DNA of 64,000 bases from Actinomycetota bacterium (GTDB lineage: Bacteria > Actinomycetota > Actinomycetes > Nanopelagicales > Nanopelagicaceae), in NCBI GenBank assembly GCA_947371865.1, contig CANBRH010000002.1, positions 2,594-66,593 on the forward strand, read 5' to 3'. Every line of letters starts with the position of its first letter. Position 1 is the first letter of the stretch. The notes below the pieces were generated by a model. The model was not told the origin of the DNA. It saw only the letters and a program-made list of their open reading frames with translations, and made no database searches. A program made the translations under genes and the position numbers. Of the stretch, positions 47,998 through 57,280 are shown piece by piece.

Positions 47998-48687
47998 GTG
48001 AGCCTAAACCGTAGACAATTCATTCAGGCGGGGGCAATTGCCGCAACCGCAACTTTTTTAGATCCAGCAATGGCGTCAGTTCCCAAACCGGACATTACCC
48101 ATGGCCCGCGCACTAAGGCGGAAGTTGCCCTAACTTTTCACGGAGCCGGCTCCAGTTCCATCGCAGATTCACTTTTGCAGATCTTTCGCAGCACCAAAAC
48201 ACCTGTTTCAATTTTCGCAGTCGGAACTTGGTTGATTTCAAATCCGAATTACGCAAAAACAATTTTGGCAGATGGTCACGATCTAGGTAATCACACCCTG
48301 CATCACTATGCGATGAAAACTTTGACTGCCAAGCAAGTTGATTCTGAAATTGCTGGCTGCGCTGCTGAACTCAAAAAACTAATTGGCAATCACGGCTCTT
48401 GGTTTCGCGCATCCGGGACTCAACACACAACTGCTTTGATTCGTAAGAGTGCGCTCAAATACGGATACAACCAGAGCATCTCCTATGAAGTTGATTCGAT
48501 GGATTACACAGACCCCAGCAAAACCGCGATTATCAATAACGTCATGAACTCCGTGCAAAACGGCAGCATTATAAGTTTGCATTTTGGACACAAAAATACA
48601 ATCACAGCGCTTCCTACTCTCTTAGAGAAGTTGCACGCCAAAGGTTTCACACCAGTAACTCTCACCACTATGTTGGGGAAGATTTGA
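47998..48687 (+). CDS. Tat-exported polysaccharide deacetylase (NodB-fold) family protein with non-canonical motif 1
   Basis: Twin-arginine signal SLNRRQFIQAGAIAATATFLDPAMA and NodB motif 2 GNHTLHH. Motif 1 reads LTFHGAG instead of the canonical TFDDG. Confidence 0.75.
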   Translation: MSLNRRQFIQAGAIAATATFLDPAMASVPKPDITHGPRTKAEVALTFHGAGSSSIADSLLQIFRSTKTPVSIFAVGTWLISNPNYAKTILADGHDLGNHTLHHYAMKTLTAKQVDSEIAGCAAELKKLIGNHGSWFRASGTQHTTALIRKSALKYGYNQSISYEVDSMDYTDPSKTAIINNVMNSVQNGSIISLHFGHKNTITALPTLLEKLHAKGFTPVTLTTMLGKI

Positions 48688-49793
48688 TGCGTAAGTTTCT
48701 TGGACTCGTAATTCTTGCTGCCACAACGCTTTTCCTCCCCGCTTCAGCTTCAACACCGCTCGCCGGAATGCCACCGGTGCTCGATCAGAACGATATCTAC
48801 GCTGCTGATCGCGCCAACCAACTTTCAGATGTAGTAAAAAATATGCCCGAGCGCGTCTACGTCCCGAATCACACCTCCAATACCGTTTCGGTCATCGATC
48901 CAAAAACCTTCAAAGTCGTGAAGACCTTTAAGACCGCCAAAGGCCCCCAACATGTTGTCCCCTCCTGGGACTTAAAGACCCTCTGGGTCAATAACAATGA
49001 AGGCAATTACCTGACCCCTATTAACCCTGCGACGGTCACAATCGGCAAGCCGGTCTACGTCCATGACCCCTATAACCTTTACTTCACGCCCAATGGGAAA
49101 TATGCAGTTGTTATGGCCGAGGCTGACCAACAGATTGTCTTCCGCGACCCCCACACGATGGCAATAAAGAAGGTAGTAAAAGTCCCGTGCCCTGGCGTCA
49201 ATCACGCCGACTGGACCAAAGATGGCAATTTCTTTATGGCTAGCTGCGAGTTCAACGGTGAGATGCTCTGGCTGAACACCAGCAAAATGGCATTGGTGAA
49301 GACCGCCAAGTTGCCGCACACCTACGTTAAAAATCCAATGCCGCAGGATGTGAAGATCTCCCCCGATGGCAGCACTTTCTATATTGCCGACATGATGTCC
49401 AACGGAGTTTGGATGATGAAGGCTAATAACTTTGGCCACTTCACGCTCATCAAGACTGGACAGGAAGCGCACGGAATTTATGTCACGCGCGATTCAAAGA
49501 CTGCCCTCATTACTAACCGTGGCGAAGGAAGTGTCTCGGTGTTGCGCTTCTCAGATAACAAAATTATCGCCAAATGGAAAATTCCTGGCGGTGGCAGCCC
49601 CGATATGGGTGGCATCTCTGCAGATGGCACGCAATTCTGGGTCTCTGGTCGATACGACAATGTTGTTTATGTCTTTGATATTGTGCACGGAAAATTTCTC
49701 ACTAAAATTAAAGTTGGCAAAGAGCCGCACGGCTTAGCAATCTATCCACAGCCGGGTCGTTACTCACTTGGACATACAGGGGTATTTAGATAA
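48684..49793 (+). CDS. secreted YVTN/YncE-type beta-propeller repeat protein
   Basis: Signal peptide MRKFLGLVILAATTLFLPASAS and repeated blades (VYVPNHTSNTVSVIDPKTFKVV, GPQHVVPS, GIYVTRDSKTALITNRGEGSVSVL). Its start overlaps the upstream stop. Confidence 0.75.
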   Translation: MMRKFLGLVILAATTLFLPASASTPLAGMPPVLDQNDIYAADRANQLSDVVKNMPERVYVPNHTSNTVSVIDPKTFKVVKTFKTAKGPQHVVPSWDLKTLWVNNNEGNYLTPINPATVTIGKPVYVHDPYNLYFTPNGKYAVVMAEADQQIVFRDPHTMAIKKVVKVPCPGVNHADWTKDGNFFMASCEFNGEMLWLNTSKMALVKTAKLPHTYVKNPMPQDVKISPDGSTFYIADMMSNGVWMMKANNFGHFTLIKTGQEAHGIYVTRDSKTALITNRGEGSVSVLRFSDNKIIAKWKIPGGGSPDMGGISADGTQFWVSGRYDNVVYVFDIVHGKFLTKIKVGKEPHGLAIYPQPGRYSLGHTGVFR

Positions 49794-51469
49794 TGAAGAT
49801 CAGTGGTTCAGTCCCGAAGTGGATTGGCCGCTTTGCATACTTGGTCGGTCTTTTCGATATGGGCGCCAACTTATTTCGCCCCATACGCATCCGGGCTCAC
49901 AAGATTGATCACTACCTACCACTTGCAGTTCACTCAACCGCGTTCGCTACTGCATTCTTTACCGGGGTCATTACTCTAATTTTGGCTCGAGGATTGATCA
50001 GACGTAAACGACGTGCCTGGACGATGAGCATTTCAATTCTAGTAATTAGTTTGATCGCAAATGGTCTGCGTTTTACCGATCAACCTTTTGAGGAAATTCT
50101 CTCGGTTGTTCTGATCATCCTCTTGTTGGCTTACCGCAAAGAGTTCTATGCGAAATCTGACCCAACAACCAAATTGCGTCCTGTTTATGGCTTTGTTTTT
50201 GCATTTATTATTTTCTTCATCTCCGGAATATTGATTTTGCTCTTCCGGCACGGCTCCCAAATTTCTGGTAACCCGTCGGTGAAAGAGATATTACTTACCG
50301 TTCTTGAAGGATTGGTTGGGATTACCGGTCCAGTTAAGTTCATTTCCGATCGTTCCAACGATGCGCTGGGCTTTACCTTAGGAACTTTCGGCATCTTCCT
50401 CATTCTGATTCCGGTCTGGCTCTATTTCCGCAGAATTGAACCGACGCCAAAAATGAGTGATGAAGAACTTGAAATCGTGAAGAAACTTATAAAGCACGAT
50501 CTAGAGCAGGATTCGTTGGGTTACTTTGCGACTCGGTTGGACAAAAGTGTTATCTGGGCAAAGAATCGGAAGGCGGGCATCGCTTATCGCGTCCAAGGCG
50601 GAGTTATGCTGGCCAGCGGTGACCCATTTGGTGAGTACAGCCTTTGGCCAGAAGCGATCGAGGAATTTCTCACTGTCGCCAAAGAACATGCTTGGACACC
50701 TGCAGTTATGGGAGCCAGCGATCACGGTGGCGAAGTGTGGGTCGACAAGGCAGAAATGCTTGCTATTGATATTGGCGATGAAGCCATCATTAATGTTGCT
50801 AACTTCACTCTTGAAGGACGTTCGATGAGCAACGTGCGCCAGATGGTCAATCGCATCAAGCGCAAGGGATACACCAGCCAGACAACTAAATTTTGCGAAC
50901 TAGAACCATCTCTACAACGCGAGATGCAAGAGCTCGCGAAGAAGTGGCGTTACGGCGTACCAGAGCGCGGTTTTTCCATGTCAATGGATCGATTTGGTGA
51001 GGCGATAGATCAGGAGACGTATATAACGATCGCGCGTCAAGATGGGGTAGTAAAAGGTTTTCTTTATTTTGTCCCTTGGACCACTAACCGTCTCTCTCTT
51101 GATCGCATGCAGCGCGAGAAGGGTACTGACCCTGGAGTCAGTGAACTGATGATCGTTTCAACTGTCGAATATGCGGCCGAACACGGTCTGACACATATCT
51201 CTCTCAACTTTGCGGCATTTAGGTCTCTCTTCGAGCGCGCAGATAAAATCAGCGCCGGTCCAATCGTCCGAAGCACGAGAAACTTCATCAGATTTCTCTC
51301 CAATTGGTTCCAGGTGGAATCCCTCTATCGCTTCAATGCCAAGTTCCAACCGGAATGGGAAACTCGCTATGTTCTCTATCCAAAAGCCAGCGACCTAGTC
51401 TCCGTTGGGTGGGCGGCGCTCCGTGCCGAGAAATTTATTACTAGTTTCCGTTCGCACTCTGTTCGTTAA
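49793..51469 (+). CDS. MprF-type aminoacyl-phosphatidylglycerol synthase domain (DUF2156) membrane protein
   Basis: About six N-terminal TM helices followed by a DUF2156 domain (GYFATRLDKSVIW, IAYRVQGGVMLASGDPFG, SLNFAAFR, RFNAKFQPEWETRYVLY). A TAATG overlap joins it to the upstream gene. Confidence 0.78.
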   Translation: MKISGSVPKWIGRFAYLVGLFDMGANLFRPIRIRAHKIDHYLPLAVHSTAFATAFFTGVITLILARGLIRRKRRAWTMSISILVISLIANGLRFTDQPFEEILSVVLIILLLAYRKEFYAKSDPTTKLRPVYGFVFAFIIFFISGILILLFRHGSQISGNPSVKEILLTVLEGLVGITGPVKFISDRSNDALGFTLGTFGIFLILIPVWLYFRRIEPTPKMSDEELEIVKKLIKHDLEQDSLGYFATRLDKSVIWAKNRKAGIAYRVQGGVMLASGDPFGEYSLWPEAIEEFLTVAKEHAWTPAVMGASDHGGEVWVDKAEMLAIDIGDEAIINVANFTLEGRSMSNVRQMVNRIKRKGYTSQTTKFCELEPSLQREMQELAKKWRYGVPERGFSMSMDRFGEAIDQETYITIARQDGVVKGFLYFVPWTTNRLSLDRMQREKGTDPGVSELMIVSTVEYAAEHGLTHISLNFAAFRSLFERADKISAGPIVRSTRNFIRFLSNWFQVESLYRFNAKFQPEWETRYVLYPKASDLVSVGWAALRAEKFITSFRSHSVR

Positions 51470-52547
51470 TCCAGAGCATTCCGGTCTCAACGTAAGGGTG
51501 CCAAACTTGCAGATTGTGCCCACCCAAAGGGATCTCAACGAACTTGGCAGATAAATAGGGCGAACTTTCTTGAACAAACTTCAGGGCGGATTTGTAGTAA
51601 AAGTGATCGGCTTTACTTGCAATCACCAAGAGTGCCGGGTTTGACGCCGAAGTTTTAATCGTGGTTATCAAGTCATATTCTGAAATCAATTTCTTGGCCA
51701 TAGATTTATTGATTCCCGTTTCGAAACTTGGGGAGAAGTAACCCGCTAAGGAAATTGCCCGGGCATACTGATGTGGATGGCGGACCGCTAACTCGGTAGC
51801 ACACCAACCTCCGGTTGAATATCCAAAACTTGTCCATTTTCTATTATCGATTCCTAGGAATCTCCTTGCGAAGCGATGCATGTCATCACTCAACCAGGTT
51901 TCAACTTGGGCACCTTTTGGAATATTTAAGCATTCGCTGTCTTGCGCCGGAACTACATTGATGTTGGGAATAATCGCAATCGTAGGTTTGATTTGTCCTT
52001 GTGCTTCTAATTGTTCGATGGTGTCAATTCCGTGCAATGCACCTATCCATGTTTGTGGTACGCCTGGAAAACCGGAAAATAGTTCGACAACTTGATAATT
52101 TGTAGGAAGTACTGGGTTATTGGATGACGTGTATGCCGCAGCAACTTTTGGAGAAAGCACAACGTAGACAACATCGCTTACTCCTGAGTGTTCACCAGTA
52201 ATGACCTTGCGAATAATCAGGCTGCCGAGTGCAGTTCGCTTAGCGTGGGATAAGTCATTTTGAGTGATCTCTGCCAATGAGTTGGAATTGATGGCAATTT
52301 TTGAAAGGTTGCGTTTACTTCCAAAGAGATCGCCCCAACTTGAATAAAACTCACCCGAACGGTTAATCGTTATTAACACTGAGGAGATTGCCAAGATTTG
52401 TAGAAGTAAAAGCGCCACGAAGCGAATACCCAAATGCCTGGCTTTTTTATGAGCAAGTTTGTGCCAGAGAACGGTAAGTGCGATTAACAGAGCGAAGGTC
52501 AGAAACCAAAAGAAAAGTTCAGTACCTAAATTCAGTAGAGGTAGCAC
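51441..52547 (-). CDS. membrane-anchored alpha/beta hydrolase (esterase D / mycolyltransferase-like family)
   Basis: Two N-terminal TM helices, the nucleophile elbow GYSTGG, and a C-terminal GGHNLQVW His. Confidence 0.72.
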   Translation of the reverse strand: MLPLLNLGTELFFWFLTFALLIALTVLWHKLAHKKARHLGIRFVALLLLQILAISSVLITINRSGEFYSSWGDLFGSKRNLSKIAINSNSLAEITQNDLSHAKRTALGSLIIRKVITGEHSGVSDVVYVVLSPKVAAAYTSSNNPVLPTNYQVVELFSGFPGVPQTWIGALHGIDTIEQLEAQGQIKPTIAIIPNINVVPAQDSECLNIPKGAQVETWLSDDMHRFARRFLGIDNRKWTSFGYSTGGWCATELAVRHPHQYARAISLAGYFSPSFETGINKSMAKKLISEYDLITTIKTSASNPALLVIASKADHFYYKSALKFVQESSPYLSAKFVEIPLGGHNLQVWHPYVETGMLWINEQSANGN

Positions 52548-52553
52548 GCTATA

Positions 52554-52559
52554 AGTCTA
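52554..52559 (-). promoter_or_regulatory. -10-like box TAGACT before the membrane esterase gene
   Basis: TAGACT on the minus strand, 6 nt before GTG 52547, inside the 20-nt gap after the GT39 stop. Confidence 0.33.
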
Positions 52560-52567
52560 GAACTTTA

Positions 52568-54589
52568 CTAATTGTTAACAGCCACTTCCGGAGTGCATAA
52601 GTAGATCGAGGAGTTCGATGGCGCGGAAGAGTCAATCTGACAATTTGCAGTAACCCACGTCTCAATGATGGAGGTGTTAGCTCCGTTTCCGTTATTCCCG
52701 CTACCCATGCCACCGACTAATACATATTTAAGATCACCGCTCTTAATCAATTCTTTGAACCTCTCCAGCGTCGGCGAGGGATCCTGCCCATCGAAACCAC
52801 CGATAGGAAGGACATTCTCGCCAGTAGCGGTGATAAATGGGGCTGCGCTCATTCCACCAAAAGTAGCTAGTAGGTATTTGGTTCCTTCGCGATGAAGTTT
52901 TAAGTATGCAATTAGCGTCTTGTCTGCGCTCTGCCCGAAACCGCCACCTGCGCCACCGAAACCACCTCGCGCGCCCCCAGGGAATTGATCGTGATGATTA
53001 GGGTCGCGAAAATTTCTAGGATCGAAATTTCCGTTGGGACGTGGACCTATTGTCGGTGGATTGCCGAGCGCCAAGCCAGGAACGCCAGCTGGTCGGGCAC
53101 CACCGGGTGCACCGAATCCTGCGCCTTCAGAATTAGGTCCTGCAGTGGGATTTATGGAATTCGCTCGATTCTTCACATCAGCCGCCCAAACCGTAGGCGT
53201 AGTTAGGAGCGATCCAGCAATGGCAAGTGCCAGCAGAGACTTCATCGCTCCATTACGAACAATGAAGAGAAAGAAGATCGCAATGGCTGCTAGTCCAAAG
53301 GCAACGTAGGGAGACCAGCCGTAGAAACCTTGATATCTGCCTGAGACCATGCTCATCCAGATTGCGCTGCCCAGAAGTAGGAGACTGAGCACAATTTTGA
53401 AAAATAGCTCTCGTCGCTCAATGAGAAATTTCATAGACCCTGAAATCAGGAATGCCATAGGGATCGCAAGTGAAGTTGTATAAAACTGATGCATTCCAGC
53501 AACTTTTGCAAACATTAAGTAGAAAGTTATGAACCAAAGTGCAATAAAGATGAACCCGCCACGTGCAAATCTGTATTCCGGTTTGCGAAACGTTGCAAAA
53601 CTTAACACTAAAATCGCAATAACGCTTGTTGGAATTAGCCAAGAAATCTGTCCCGCAACTTGGTTATTAAATAATCTGGCAAATCCCGAGGTGCCACTAA
53701 ATGGCGGCGTGAAACTGCGGAATATTGGATTGTCGGTGGCAGATGAAAGAGATTGCGTCGCACTGAATCTGCCTAACCCATTGTAACCAAAAACCATTTC
53801 CCAAGCGCTGTTGTGATAAGTGCCTCCCACATATGGTCTGGACGAAGCCGGTGTCATAGTCACGATAATGATCCAGGAAAGCGATACGGCTAGAGAACTA
53901 ACGCCTGCTATCAGAAGAGTTTTTATACGTTCTTTCATTGCGACGGGTGCTACAACTAACCAAGCGACGATAAGCGCTGGCCAAACAGCCCATGCTTCTA
54001 ACATATAAGTTTGAAAAGCTATGCCGATCCAGACACCTGTCCAGATGAGTGATCGTCTATTGCCACTCTTCAGTGCAGCCGTCGCTCGGTCTGCCGAGAT
54101 CGCAAGAGCAAGCAGAAAAAAAGTCTGTGGTTGATTGGACCGAGCGACAGCGGCAATGATGGGGGTCGTGGCAATGAGGGCACCTGCAAAGAGGCCGGCA
54201 TAGATTCCAAAATATCTACGAACCGCCATTGCGATAAATATTGCAACGCCAATCCCGGCGAGCGCGTTAGGCGCATCTACAGCCCAGGTACTAAATCCAA
54301 AAACTTTCACAAAGAGCGCAGGGATCCAATACGAACCTGGAATCTTGTCTAGTGAAACCGTCCCAGCAGGATCAAGACTTCCAAAAATGAAATTCGAAAA
54401 ACTCTTGCTCATGCTGACGGCAATGGCTGCGTAATATTCTGAACGAGCACCGGTAGCTAGCCGCCACAAATAGAGCCAGCCAGTAAAGAGAGTAAGTAGA
54501 GCTAAGCCAATGCGCCATTGCCAGTGTTCGGAAATTCGAGCTTGTGTGACTGGGGCCGGGCTTTCTTCGGCTAGGGACACGTCGCTCAT
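52568..54589 (-). CDS. glycosyltransferase family 39 (GT-C, ArnT/PMT-like) with Gly-rich linker and C-terminal extracytoplasmic domain
   Basis: Polytopic N-terminus with the LDKIPGSYW loop motif, a Gly-rich segment GGARGGFGGAGGGFG, and a C-terminal globular domain. I set the start to ATG 54589, because the track start would abut guaB1. Confidence 0.78.
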   Translation of the reverse strand: MSDVSLAEESPAPVTQARISEHWQWRIGLALLTLFTGWLYLWRLATGARSEYYAAIAVSMSKSFSNFIFGSLDPAGTVSLDKIPGSYWIPALFVKVFGFSTWAVDAPNALAGIGVAIFIAMAVRRYFGIYAGLFAGALIATTPIIAAVARSNQPQTFFLLALAISADRATAALKSGNRRSLIWTGVWIGIAFQTYMLEAWAVWPALIVAWLVVAPVAMKERIKTLLIAGVSSLAVSLSWIIIVTMTPASSRPYVGGTYHNSAWEMVFGYNGLGRFSATQSLSSATDNPIFRSFTPPFSGTSGFARLFNNQVAGQISWLIPTSVIAILVLSFATFRKPEYRFARGGFIFIALWFITFYLMFAKVAGMHQFYTTSLAIPMAFLISGSMKFLIERRELFFKIVLSLLLLGSAIWMSMVSGRYQGFYGWSPYVAFGLAAIAIFFLFIVRNGAMKSLLALAIAGSLLTTPTVWAADVKNRANSINPTAGPNSEGAGFGAPGGARPAGVPGLALGNPPTIGPRPNGNFDPRNFRDPNHHDQFPGGARGGFGGAGGGFGQSADKTLIAYLKLHREGTKYLLATFGGMSAAPFITATGENVLPIGGFDGQDPSPTLERFKELIKSGDLKYVLVGGMGSGNNGNGANTSIIETWVTANCQIDSSAPSNSSIYLCTPEVAVNN

Positions 54590-54656
54590 AGGCGTAGTAC
54601 AGCCAATGTTGCTGGGAAAGGTCTCAAAGCCGACAGAGATAGCGGATAAATAAAGG

Positions 54657-56107
<1,451 letters not shown>

Positions 56108-56353
56108 TTAATCCACCATTCGAGGTGGATCGTCAGAATCATCAAAGGGTTCACGTGGTTGGGAAAGTTTCCAATACATATAAAGAATGAATACCCCAAA
56201 AAAAGGCCATTCGAAAACGTAGACCCAACTTCGGTGGTTACCGTCTAACGCTCGCTGAAATTCGAAGACACCTAATAGCGCGCACACTGGTATGGCCATC
56301 AAGATCCATTTTCGCTTGGGATCTAAATGCGGCGGCGTCTGCTCCTCACTCAT
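56108..56353 (-). CDS. small membrane protein (2 TM), hypothetical
   Basis: 81 aa with two hydrophobic helices. Its start overlaps the ctaG stop by 8 nt. I recognise no motif. Confidence 0.5.
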   Translation of the reverse strand: MSEEQTPPHLDPKRKWILMAIPVCALLGVFEFQRALDGNHRSWVYVFEWPFFGVFILYMYWKLSQPREPFDDSDDPPRMVD

Positions 56354-57152
56354 CTTCTAATTCTGCCAAATTCTTCTCGTACGCAAACCAATCTTTGGCC
56401 GCTATCACCACCCACATAGAATCGATGAGCATGCCCATGGCCCACATCAATGCCCCTCCTGTGTGCTGGTCGCGCAGAGAGGTCGCAGTTGCCGTCGCCT
56501 GACCCGAATGCTGGTGTGAGGCAAAGTGCACGCTGTGCAGCAATTTATTTCCCGAATAGAGAAAGAATCCCGTCATCGTCTCCGGCAACATCATGGCAAA
56601 GAGCGATCCCAGACGCACGGCATAAGAGACGGGATATGGCGTGGGATTCCCATCCAAGACCGGGTAGTAATAAATAACGCCGCCCAATAAGAAGAGTATG
56701 AGTTCAAGGCAGTGGACGTTTGAATTCAACATCCCAGCATTGGCCAACGGTCCAAAATGAGTGGCAATCAGAGTCGCCAAGAAGATCAGGAATCCGACTT
56801 GGGGTTTGAAGAGAATCCGAATGATTCGAAGTGAGGCTACCCCCCGTGCCAGGCTGCGCAGCGCCGGAAATGTGGAGTTGAGTAAAACCTTAAATGGTGA
56901 GCCGAGAACGATCAGCGGGGAGATCAACATCATCAGCAGGATGTGTTGAATCATGTGAACCCAGAAGATCCGGACCGCGATATGTGGGATGGGACCGACC
57001 AAAACCAGCGTGGTAAGCGCCAGTGCCGAGTAGAAGAGGCTTTGCCGCCATTTGGATACCTGATGGGTGGCAGGCCGCTCTGAGTAGTACCACAGGAATA
57101 CGGCAAGAAGGAGGGCGCCAAAGAGAAGGTCCCAAGCAGGGTTGAGCTTCAT
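56346..57152 (-). CDS. ctaG: cytochrome c oxidase assembly protein (caa3-type CtaG family)
   Basis: Seven-TM protein with HMIQHILLMMLISPLIVLGSP, the signature of the CtaG_caa3 family. It is divergent from the oxidase operon. Confidence 0.65.
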   Translation of the reverse strand: MKLNPAWDLLFGALLLAVFLWYYSERPATHQVSKWRQSLFYSALALTTLVLVGPIPHIAVRIFWVHMIQHILLMMLISPLIVLGSPFKVLLNSTFPALRSLARGVASLRIIRILFKPQVGFLIFLATLIATHFGPLANAGMLNSNVHCLELILFLLGGVIYYYPVLDGNPTPYPVSYAVRLGSLFAMMLPETMTGFFLYSGNKLLHSVHFASHQHSGQATATATSLRDQHTGGALMWAMGMLIDSMWVVIAAKDWFAYEKNLAELEDE

Positions 57153-57164
57153 AACCGCCTAACG

Positions 57165-57179
57165 AGTGCTAGCACTTAA
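57165..57179. promoter_or_regulatory. candidate operator or 5'-UTR hairpin, copy 2: AGTGCTAGCACTTAA (palindrome at 57165-57176)
   Basis: Identical to copy 1. The palindrome ends exactly 12 nt before the ATG 57152 start of ctaG, in the ctaG / oxidase-operon divergent region. Confidence 0.45.
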
Positions 57180-57280
57180 ACAATTGGTCTAGTTTCTTAT
57201 GCTTTTCAGGTAGTTCCCTAAACATACTCTCAGGCGTACCCTCGCGGAATACTTTCTCGACTCTCACGAAAGGCAGGAAT

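Noticed and set aside
49743-49750. DnaA-box-like TATCCACA.
   Set aside because: It is a single 8/9 match inside the propeller coding sequence, with no cluster, no AT-rich unwinding region and no dnaA/dnaN context. It is consistent with chance.
54111-54120. Homopolymer tracts as potential phase-variation switches. Examples: A7/T7 in the GT39 gene near 54115, G6 in the SBBP-like gene near 19585, A7 in the 81-aa gene near 56206.
   Set aside because: All are 7 nt or shorter and encode ordinary Phe/Lys/Gly codons. They are below the length usually associated with slipped-strand switching.
57164-57176. CIRCE (HrcA) element, because GAGTGCTA/TAGCACT resemble the CIRCE half-sites.
   Set aside because: CIRCE is TTAGCACTC-N9-GAGTGCTAA. 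Here the halves are in the opposite order and fused with no spacer, and the flanking genes are not chaperones. I kept it as an unexplained palindrome instead.
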